Shown here: in pieces, positions 12,501 through 24,500 of the stretch
How the letters are laid out: every line of letters starts with the position of its first letter
How positions within the stretch are numbered: position 1 is the first letter of the stretch
Assembly (NCBI GenBank): GCA_903813345.2
Contig: CAIIXF020000001.1
Coordinates: 41,044,001 to 41,108,000 of the forward strand
DNA length: 64,000 bases
Direction of reading: 5' to 3'
From: Owenia fusiformis
Lineage: Eukaryota
Notes under the pieces: generated by a model
The model's input: only the letters and a program-made list of their open reading frames with translations
What the model was told of the DNA's origin: nothing
The model's database searches: none
Made by a program: the position numbers and the translations under genes

Positions 12501-15500
12501 TTTGAGAATGACTCTTAAGCTAGTTTACACCATCACGCATCTGAAAATGTCGAGATCGCCGATTTCATGCCGCTTTTGATCCAGTGACTATATAAAGATG
12601 CGGTAGATCCATAAAACCATTGCATCTTTGACTCAAGAACACGATGGCAGAACAACAAGGCCCAGAAATTCCAGATGGACCAGAGCATGACCTATCTGAA
12701 GAAGACATGATGTTTGTCGCAAGGTGTGAAAGACTGGAGAGAGAGTGAGGAAGCATGTCAAACGTAACAAAGCTTAACAATCCTTGATTAAAGTGTCTCC
12801 TCAATTCGTTGGAAAGCTTGAGAGTCCTTCATGAAAGCGTAACAAAGAGTGACAGATATTGATGAAAGCGTCTGACCTTGTGTCAGATCTTCATGCCAGA
12901 TCGTAGCAAATCTTGAGACATCTTAAGGAAGCGTGTCAAGTGGTAACAGACCGTGAAGAGACTGGGTCCTCGCTTTGAACCAAGCTCTGTTAAGCTTTCC
13001 TACACTTTGGGTCAAGCTTTGCTGAGCTTTGTTACGGTTTGTTAGGCTTTGATACGCTCTCGGTGCTTTAATCAATTCATAACAGAGTGTCCAAAATTTT
13101 TAAACAGTTTAAAATCTTTTGGTGCTCTTGCCCAATATCCGGCTTTACCCTGAGCTTTTCTACGACCTATTACAACCCCGATGCTTTAATCAAGCTTTGT
13201 TATGCTTTGGTGCCACTTTACAATGTAGCTTTACTAAAGCTCCCTTCTCCCAATGTTTAAGATAGATCCTCTGGACCATTTGGGCATTCACTAAGAATTT
13301 GTAATTATGTCACCACCAAAAAGTGGTGACATATTGTTATGGTCTCCGTTTTTTTTTGACGGTGGTTCGACCTTCAATGACATTCTCAAGGTCAGAAAGG
13401 TTCTTTTTTCATCTTGCTCCAAATTGACCATTTTTTTCAAAATCATCTACAAGTTCTCAGAAGTTCAAATATGACTTTAGATTTGAGATTCCACCTTCAA
13501 TGACCTTCTCAGGGTCAAAAAAGATCTTTTCACAACTTGCTTCAAATTGACCAATTTATTTTTTCAAAATCATCTACAAGTTCTAAGAAATTCAAAACTG
13601 ACTAAGATTGAACTCATAATATTGTGAGCAACAAGATGGTGACATTTTGTCATGTATAATGCCTTGTTCTACCACTGCGGGATCTATATGAATGTGCTCT
13701 GCCTTATAAACACCATTAAGTTCATGAAAGTGTCGATGGTAAATAAAAAAATAAAAAGAAGTGTCGATGATAATCTTCGGCACTTTCCGTGATCGGGAAA
13801 ATAAATTCCTGCGTAAATTATTGTGTCCATTGTACCTTTCGATTTTGGATAAGTAACAAGCCAGATTTTTATTCTAGAAAGCCAAATCTCCAACATAATT
13901 CTAATACCAACATAATTGGAATTCCATGTATAAGAGTTTGATTCTTTTGTTCCCCATATTTAATCAATATGTCTTTATTCAAAACAATTTATATCATATT
14001 ATTTAAAATAAATGTACAACAAATAATTCCAAAATATATACCGAATAGTTGTCCATATCTCTTCTGTTTCATCAATCTGAACTTACCTTATGACGTTTTC
14101 CAGCAAAAAACAAATGTTGCACAGAGACAATTGATATATATACCCCAATTATAATCCCACCAAACAAAGTTTGAGTACAGATATAGAAAAGCCATCTGGC
14201 TGTTCGTTCATTGGTCTGTTCGTTCATTGGTCTATTCGTTCATTGGTCTTTTCGTTCATTGGTCTATTCGTTCATTGGTCTATTCGTTCATTGGTCTGTT
14301 CGTTCATTGGTCTGTTCATTCATTGGTCTGTTCATCTGTCTGGGTGATAAGTCGAAAACTGGTTGTTCTACAGGTTGTCTTATTGGCGAAGGACCTCTGT
14401 TTTAGGAAGAATTTTGAAAACTTTTTGATAGATTTATACATATTTTTAAAGACAATTATTGATAGCCCCTTATACTATGTAACATGTACAGGAAGTCTGC
14501 CAAACGTCTTTTCCGAACAGATTTTTCTTGAATATTAAATGTCGCTACAATCACTGCTTAAGTGATTATTTCTAGCATAAAAATGAATGAAAAAGTTATC
14601 CAAATATTAAATAATTGACACAATATGTTTTATTCAGTGGGATTTGCTACTCTTTGGAGTTGTTGGGAGGACCAGAGAAGTGGCCTTGTTTCCTCTTTAG
14701 TGGACACACTTATGACTGGAAAAAGGTACAATGTCATGTTGTCTGGCGCAATCGGAAATCATGCATAACATATGTACATTTAAAGTGCATGATTTTCAAG
14801 GAAACCTTTCTGATCATTGTGCCATTTCTTTGTTATATAATTCTGAATTTAGCAGAATTTGCAAACATAAAACGAGGAAAAGTAAAGTCTATACTCAAAC
14901 TCCATTACCTCCGAGATATATCTGGTCTTCAGAAAAAAGCAAAGATTTTCACGACCAATTGAAAATCGAGATTACAAATAAACGCAGCCTGTACGATATG
15001 GATCATAATAGTAATGTAGATGATATGTTAAAGAACTTAACTAAGTGTATGCACAATGCTGCGTCCAATACGCTTGAAAAGAGGTTCGTCAGACATAAGA
15101 AAGGAAATAAACAAAAACGATGTAAAAAGTGGTATAATTTATCGTGCAAGCAATTCCCGAATCTCTCCAAAATTAGCTCATCTTGGTGACTGTAAATTGC
15201 ACAGCTGTATTCAATGGAGTCTTGTCATATTCAATCAGCCTCAATTTTAAAGTGTGTATTTTATTTTCAACGTGATTTCATCGTTTTTTGTCGACTGGTA
15301 AGAATACGCTGGGCAAATGGCAAGATGGATGACTTTTGACCTGACCTACACCGATGGCGGTGACGTCATCAATTTTATCTATACAAATTCTATTTGGTCA
15401 CGTGACCTTGTGCCAGAAGTTCGACTTTTTGGTCAGTCGACCTGTTCAAAGTACATTAATTAGTAATAATTATCGCTTTTCAGAACAATTTAGGAAACAA

Positions 15501-18500
15501 TATTTTCTATCTACGTCGATTACAAAGCATCTAAGGTACGTAAATTTATATGAACAACTGAGTCAATAGGGATAAATAGCCCAGCGAGAGTCGGCGGTCT
15601 TAAAAATACTTGGATCTGGATGCCAGTCCTGGTATAGATATAGTTCCAGGGCAGTTCGAAGAACGTATTAGATGTCCGTGAGAAAACCGCTAACCTGTTC
15701 AACTTGAAATTTTTACACATGCAATAGCAGACTAAAATTTTCAAGGTCGAAGGTCATCAAATTAGGTCACAAACAATGTTATCTAAATTTTCCAAAAGTT
15801 CAAGACTACAAATAAATTCTTGTCATCAAAATTGCAGGAAAACCGCTAACCTTGTCAACTTGAAATGTTTACAGATGCAAGAGCAGACTAGTGCCAAGGT
15901 CTGATTAGGTTTTGGCCATGCTGGGTAAATTGCATGGTGGCCAGTTTGCTCTTCAAAGTGCGATATTTATCACTGTGTGTCTTGTTAAAGACAATTATTG
16001 ATAGCCCCTTATACTTATGTAACATGTACAGGAAGTCTGCAAAACATCTTTTCCGAACAGATTTTTCTTGAATATTAAATGTCACTACAATCACTGCTTA
16101 GTGATTATTTCTAGCATGAAAATGAATGAAAAAGTTATCCAAATATTAAGTAATTGACACAATATGTTTTATTCAGTGGGATTCGCTACTCTGTGGAGTT
16201 GTCATTGTCTTGTCTCGATGATGCTATAGATTTGTATCACACCATTTTCACCATTGTAGTGTTGTTGTTATTGTTATTATGGGCAATTAAATTGTATAAA
16301 CTAGCTGAAGTTTTATTGCCCATATCAACAAAATTTCAATAGATGCCAACAATTATATTCATAATAGTTCATTTAAATTTTTAGTGAATAGAATAACAGA
16401 CTTTTCATTTACAGTTTAAAACACACATTAATATGCAACTCACAATAAATGAATGAAACACAATGAAATTAGAATTTTAACTGCATGTATGATGAAATTA
16501 GATTTGAAAAATTGATCAATTGTTCAAATGATCAGACTCCAACACTTTTCTAGTACTTGTAGTGCTTGACTGCCGCATTAAAGTTTCAGTTGTCAATTTC
16601 ACTGTATGAATAGATTTAGAGAATACATGAATAAGAAAATGTACCAGGTATTTGCATCTTGACTAATTTTGTTGAAATTGCATAATTCATCATAACCATC
16701 AACACACATGAAAACTTTTCATTCTTTACAGATGGATCAAATAGTTTCAGTCTGAATTCTTTTGATTTCCTTATAAATCACTTTATTTCCCCAACTTTGC
16801 ATTTTAAAGAAAGTGTTAGTGCGAGTAGGGTAGTATACAATATAAAAGTCATTTTAGACTTGAATTTGATTTTTAAAAATTGATTTATTTTAGTTTAGCT
16901 AAACAATAATTCATCTGATATATCTTTGCTTATTTCTAATACAAACACTTTTTGTGCAGAGGCAGACAAAAATAAATATGATAAAACATAGAATACATAA
17001 AAACAACTATAACATGTATGAATGTTGAAGAAGGTATTGTTATTGAAAATATTGAAAAGTAATTGTTGATTCTTGTATTGATGTTTTTATCATGAATCAA
17101 ATGTTTACCAACTGAATATGAAGTCATGAATAATGAAATGAATCTGCCTTGTTGTTAATGGGTCCATAACTAATTTATTGCTTTCATTGGTTTATTTAAA
17201 TGTATGCAGCAAAAAATATACAAAAGAATAATGGTTTTTCATTAATGTATCAATACGACAATTAGCTTATTGTATGTATAAAGAAATTGCCATCATTAAT
17301 GAAATAACATCACCAGTCATGGGCGTAGCGCTATTTTTTTAAGTAGTATGCCACCAGGGAGCCCGCATGGTAGCAAGATTTGAGAGAAGCAAAAAACCGT
17401 TCAGGGGGGTGTGTGTTTCTCCCCCTAGGAAATTTGGTTGTATTTGGAACGAATTTGAAACCATCTGGTACGCCTGTGCGTACCCAGCGTAACAGGCGCT
17501 ACGCCCATGCCAGTCACTACAACAAAGATTCATGCAACTGTTTTTCAAGAAAAAGTGTTTCATAAAAAGTGTTCCACTCAAAGAGGTTCAAATACATGGA
17601 ATTGATGATTCCCAATTGCAAGATCTTAAAAATTATTCCACTTACAGAGTTGTATTAGACATATCATTCAGTCGTATAATTCAATAGACAAAAGACTTAA
17701 TATTAGATACACATTTTTGTGTTTTACAGGGTGAGCAGAGGATTAAGACAAGCAGCAAATATGAAGTTGGAAGCAAGGTTCTACCCTTCAATCCAAATAC
17801 ATACACAGAGGTATGTACAATTACTTTGTGTATGCATTCCTTTAAATAATATAAACAAGTAAACCAGAGTGTTTGGAGTTGTAGAAATGTATTGCAGCTT
17901 AGAAAACACATATGCATGTGTAATGTTTAAGTTCCTGTAAACCAATGACAGAACAGAAGTTAAATGAATTGAATTCAGTTTTTTTTGTTCATTTTTGGTT
18001 AAAATGTTATATTTTTCAGATAATACGGTACTGCAGACTGTGCCTGGCAAACAGCTCGGGAGTTAAAGTCTCATTTGAGTCTCTGTCTGAAGAGAGGAAA
18101 TCCCATGCTCCATCTATTGGCAAATATGTTGGTAGAATGTTAGAAGGAAATGGTATTGAGGAAAATAATGCAATACACATTTATAGTACTATGCTGCAAC
18201 AGTTCCTGTCGGCAGTGCAAGGTAGGTCACATCTGGGATGATTTGATAGAAAGTAATCTCAACGGGCAACATATCAAGATTATTAACTCACACAAATCAC
18301 TTTAAATCATATGGACTACTCAAAACAGTGTTCTGGTTCAAGTGTGCTGGAATTCTTACAAAGCAAAAGGTATCAACCTTGATTAGGACGTATACAACAC
18401 ATAATTTACATGCAATTAAAAAGTATGTATTGCTGTTTAACAAATCAATGTAGAGTCCATTTCACTGCTTCATTTCGTCAGTAGAACGGCAAAAATAAGA

Positions 18501-21500
18501 AATTGGGAGACCATTGTGCAATAATATATGGAAAAGTATATTCATAATGTATATGAATGACATTTGTATATTTCAGATTTTTTAGTTTTTTGTGCAATAA
18601 GCCTGTGTCGTCTTGTAATTTCAGCCATGTTAATCTTATTGAAAATAACATGGCAGAGAAACATCCAAATATAAGAGGCCACACACTTTATAAGCCAAAC
18701 TAGAAGCAATCCAATATATACAAATGTCATTCATGTACATTATGAATATGCTTTTCTATATATTATTGCACAATGGTCTCCCAATTTCTTATTTTTGCCG
18801 TTCTACTGGCGAAATGAAGCAGTGAAATGGACTCTAGTTGAACATGTTATGGATGCTATTGCTAAAGCAAAACCTTCTTATTTAGGTGAAGATGCCATGT
18901 ACTGTTTACTAGAGTTAGTGTCTGTAGCCAAGGGTAAACTGTCAACAAAATTTGTGGATAAGTTGCCATGGATTAAGGTTGGTATTTTAAAGTCATGTAC
19001 CTGTTTATGCTATATGTGACATCATTCCAACATATGTTACAATGAAAGCATCAGGTAGAGCACCTTGATTATGACACACTGAAGCATGAAATTAAATTTA
19101 CAGGTGTGTTTGACTAACTGGGGTCTTTTACATATTTAAACAGGTTTATCCCTACCTGAAAAGCTAAATTCTATTTTAATTCATAAATGTTTAATATATT
19201 TTCAGAACCTGATGTTCAATAACAGAGACAGTGTGAGAGACTATGCCGCAGAGCTCTATGCAGTCATTGTATCAGTCACCCAAGATGTTCAGGCCATACA
19301 GTTAACCATTGAGGAACTTAATGAGAATATGAACAACAAGGTACTTCGTGTGTTAATATGAACCAATTCATCTTGGAGGGGATCTCCATGTACCTTTGTA
19401 CCAGATTATCTTTGTGGGAAACTAGATCAAGATTTTTTCTCTCTTATTTAAAGGGGCAATAAGGACTGTAGAGAAAATAGGAAAGTTTTTTCATTTTTTC
19501 TGAACTATCAAGGCAACATTTGGTTTAACATCTTCTTTGACATACCTATTTTCTTAAAATGTATGGATAAATTATCAATTTCAGCATTAAGAAGTGTAAA
19601 TTCAGTTCAAAGCTTTAAAAAGGGGACTTCCACTTTTATATTTTTAAGATCCACCATGTTTCAAGAGGAATATCAGCTAAAATAATGTTTATCTAGGGGG
19701 TTAGTTTGTAAATAATAAAAATAGATGTTAGTCTTGATGAAATATCCAAACTTAAATATATTTTGACACTGGTTCATGATCGTTGAATGACCCCTCTGCA
19801 CTAATTATTGCACCTTTAAGCCCAAATTATTGTTTTCCCTGACGAATCATTTTTATGTCATCGCCATGAATTGGTGACTGTTGTAATAGTCGCTAGTATT
19901 GCATCCAGTATTTGGTTTCTGCATCAGTGTTAGTGTGGGGACATTTTCTCATATTAATGTCATGCTAAGTAGAGACATCATTTTATATAATCTGATTGCA
20001 ATCTTTTCTCTTTATATAAAGTTGTGATCTAATTGTACACCCCATACAGATATTGCAAATCATATTTTATTTCCACATTTAGAGTTTAGAGGTTCAACAT
20101 GGAAGCATCCTTGCCCTTGGACACATGATAGCCAATGCACTAGTGAGTGAACCAACAGGGTCCAGTAGTGTAGGAGACGTTACTATGGAAGACCTGGAGA
20201 CACCAGGAAATAACACAGGTACCACACCTGGTACAGAGACCAATGGTTACATTGTGGAGGCGGTTCATAGTCTAGGTGAGTGAAATATAAACATGTAAAT
20301 ATAAATATGTAAACATGTAAACGCTATTGAGGGACATTTAGTATGAGATTTATTTACTATATACATTTGTTCACTATCTTGACAAGCCCATGTTTCATTT
20401 ACAATACAAAAAGTTTTTTCTTTCTATTTATTATCCCACGAAGTTCGTGAAGGATATAGGAAAGCCGTCCATCCATCCATCCATTCATCCGTCTACATCC
20501 AAGATGGCACCTGAATTTCAAAATGGCTGCCTCTTTTTCGTAAAAAACATTATCTTTGATAACTCATATACTACTACTATAGTATGTAACGTTGATGGAA
20601 TTGGTTCAAAATTTATATGCTGATACCTCGGTACAAGGGAGCTAAAATTTTCAAGATGGCCTCTATTTATCAAAACATTTTTGGTTCGGTGAGATTTGCT
20701 ACTCCTTGGAGTTGCTGTTTAAAATATAGTTCCTCTTTCTCATTGCAATGCATTCACATGTAAACTCTTAAAACTTTTATTTCTATATCTCCATGTTACA
20801 GTGAAGCAAGTAGGCAGTAGTCAGGCATTACTAGCCTGTGGGGCATGCCTATCCCTGGGGGAGATAGGGCGGCGCTGCCCCCTCCCTCTCCCTGATGGAA
20901 GCAAGGAAGACACACAAGAAGATCTTGTCACCAAGCTAAGCCTCGTGAAGAAACTCATCAAAATTGTTCAAGCTACAAAAGAGACAATAAAGGTAGTACA
21001 TAAAGATTGCCTCAAAAAAATCTTGGTAGAGACTCATTGTAATTTGCTGTTGATATCTGAATATTAAGCATCTGATCAATTTAATTTTTAAATAAACAAA
21101 ATTTCCCAAGTAAAAAGTTCATTTGTGTCTTGCAAAATAGTAGAGATCCATGCTCAATCATGATGATATGCATTTATACGCTTTACACTTGTACTTCAAT
21201 TTAGTTCTATTATTATAGCACAATAAGAAAAAAGAAGTAGTTGCGATTCATGATCAATTTGACGTTTATTCAGGTTCGAGAGAGGGCATCATTTTGCCTT
21301 GGATATATGTGTATTGGAGATTCCAAGTTCCCACACAGACAAGTTGTAATGGATGGCCTAGTAGAATCAGCACAGGTTATTATGCTACTTTTATCATACC
21401 TGGGTCACATTCGCTCCGATCCATCGGCGGGCGCCCGGCTGATTGAGTGTTTTGTTCAATATTGTATTCAATTTTGAACAAAATACTCAATCGGCCGAGC

Positions 21501-24500
21501 GCCGTAGTGAAAATCGGAGCAAATGTGACCAAGGCATTACTGATTAATGTAGTTCAAATTCACTTATAAAATAAACTTGACTTTTTTCTTTAAGTGCAAT
21601 AATGTGTTTTTGTTTTCTGCACAAAGGACAACAATTGAAAACACAAAATATTCATGAGGACCTTCAGAAACTTTATAGGAGCACTCCAAAAGGCCAATGT
21701 CTCCAAATAGACCTTCTTTTCTATATGGTGCATGATATTTTTATTTCACATTATTTTGTTGAAATTTAGTGAGGATGACATCAGAATAATAACATTGAAT
21801 CATGATTCATAACATTTGAATAATATCACCATAAAGACAGCATAAAATCCTAATATACCACACAGACAGTTTAAACATGTTATTCCCATAAAATAATTAT
21901 TGTTCAAGTTGTGTCAACAGAGAGTAAATACCTTATTGTTCATCATAGACATCTCTCAATGTTTATAATTTCAATCTGCTCATGTTTATTCCACCTTTTT
22001 CTCAATAAATTTTAAATGAAACGAACCTTTTTCTTGTTTTCCTAAAAGTTTTTAATCTTGACTTCAAGACTGTTTACTTTGTTCCTTGCTGTTTCTCTGC
22101 ATTTCTCTCTATTTAGAGAAATAAAACAAACCTAACATGAAATTCAATTGTTGTTTTATGAGCAAGTATCTGCATTGTTACGGCATATCAGGCTTTACTG
22201 GTTATAAAGCAAATTACAATGTGTATTTGCAAATTATTACCGTCAACAAAATAATAAAAGCCATTAAAAGTTGTATGTTGTGATATGCATATATTGAGGA
22301 TCATTCAATGACTAATGAAATAAATTGAAAAATGCAATATTTGGCTCTTTGGTTGTCATGTTAACCTGACTGTATGAACATTTCATGTCAAGAACCAGTG
22401 TCATGTCTGAATGCCCATATAAGGTAATTATATTCCAAGTAAAGGCCAAAGAGCCGAGTTTATGACAGAATGTCTCATTGTGGTAAACTTCAAGCATATT
22501 TGTTAGAAAATTAAATGAAAGTGTCATAATTATTAATTATATGATTAAAAAATAAGGTTGCAAATGTTGATGGGTGATTTATAATTTTGCTTCCAGAACA
22601 AAGAAGTGGAGCTCCACCTAAGTATAGGGGATGCCCTCGTGTGTGTAGCTCAGGGTAATATGTCTCCCCTGGCCAGAAACACATGGTTAGAGGATGCCAC
22701 AACTGTACCACCACAGTATGATTGTTCTTTGGTAGAGACACTCGTCAAGTTGATTCTGACCAAATATGTGACACATGCCAGTCCACATGTTAGACAGGTA
22801 CGGCTTTGAATGAAACAGTTTATGATAGAAAAAGCAATGTTTTGTTTAAATCAATGCTATAGTTATTTTAAAGTTTTACTTGAAGGTCAAAAAAGATTTT
22901 TGAAAGATGTGTTTACAATATCCTATTATACAATTCCACAAAAATATGAACTTGGAAGCTAAAGGAAATATCAGGCACTGACGTTTCGGCAACCCAATTG
23001 CCATCTTCAGAACTTTTATTATCCCATCGAACGAAGTTCGGAGGGATATAGGGAACGCCTCCGTCCGTCCGTCCGTACGTACGTACGTCGTACGTCCGTC
23101 CGTCCGGGCAATAACTCAAATACCGTTGGCCCGATTTTATTCATATTTTGTACACATATACCCTATGGGGGTAGAAGTTCTGCTCAAAAGCCGATTTTCA
23201 AAATGGCCGCTCATTTAAAAATGGCGGCCATTTTAGTGCCGATTTTACAGTTATTTAGGTGCAATATGTAAAACTGTAATAGCAATATGTTTTAAATGTA
23301 AAAAAAATTATATAGGACATTAATAAAGCTAGAAATGTAGATATTAAAAAAGCTCATGGCAGCCATCTTGAAAAATGGCGGCCTTTACTCGTTATTTTAC
23401 GATTTTTGCTGTAACTCGAAAAGTAGTGGAGCGATTTTGTTCATATTTGGTATGTGAATACTATAAGCATGGCACACTGTCTAATGACACTTTTGGTATA
23501 AGGCGGCCATTTTTCAAAATGGCCGCCATTTTAACTTATTTTACTAAAACTCGAAAAGTAGTGGAGCGATTTTGTTCATATTTGGTACGTGAATACGTAT
23601 AAGCATGGCACACTGTCTAATGACACTTTTGGTAGAGGGCGGTCATTTTTTAAAATGGCCGCCATTTTAAAGTATTTTACTATAACTCGAAAAGTAGTGG
23701 AGGGATTTTGTTCATATTTGGTACGTGAATACGTATAAGCATGGCACACTGTCTAATGACAGTTTTGGTAGAAGGCGGCCATTTTTCAAAATGGCCGCCA
23801 TTTCAACGTATTTTACTATAACTCGAAAAGTAGTAGAGCGATTTTGTTAATATTTGGTATGTGAATATTATAAGCATGGCACACTGTCTAATGACACTTT
23901 TGGTATAAGGTGCCCCTTTTGAAAAATGTTCGATGGGATTCGCTACGCTTTGGCGTTGCCGTTGTTCTGGTTCCACTTCCGGTACTAGAGCATGGGCTCC
24001 TTACAGTTGTCAAGTTGGAAATTTCTTTGGTCCCTAATCATATTTACAGTTTCCTTGAAATAGACTGCTTTCTTAATCCACCTTTCCTGTCTGTTACTGA
24101 TATTATCTAGCACTGTTACATTATTCCAATCTGTAGTACAGTTACTGGAGCTCACATGTGTAGTGATAGCTGAGCTAGACCATTTTGATTGAGATGTGGA
24201 CTTGTTACCCCTCGTAAAAGGTCTGTTATTGGTATTCTTTTCAACATCTGACTTATGTCAGATTTTGGTATGTCTCTTATTGGCATGTCACTTATTGTAT
24301 TATGTCACTCGGTATTCTTTTACCAGTAACAGACCTTTTACGAGGGGTAACATTTGTGAAACAAAATTAGACTAAATAGCTGATTATAGCTTATTTTATT
24401 CATATGTTTGCAGTGTGCTTGTATTTGGCTGTTGTCTGTCATGAACCAGTGTGCAAAGCAGACGGATGTACAGAAACACCTGGGGGATATACAAGTGGCC

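Larger units (their letters stand above)
14446..16202 (+). repeat. Direct repeats of about 218 bp (14446-14663 and 15985-16202) bracketing a composite insert
   Basis: Both copies read ttaaagacaattattgatagcccc...attcagtgggatt(t/c)gctactct(t/g)tggagttgt with few differences. Confidence 0.85.

Noticed and set aside
14211..14538. Repetitive hydrophobic ORFs (also 55007-55452)
   Set aside because: They are translations of the 16-bp and 35-bp minisatellites.
15520..15744. 74-aa minus-strand ORF in the patchwork insert
   Set aside because: It begins in repeat sequence and has no recognisable domain; it cannot be supported without a database search.
18478..18730. Apparently conserved small ORF shared with 57186-57368
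   Set aside because: The similarity comes from copies of the same MITE.
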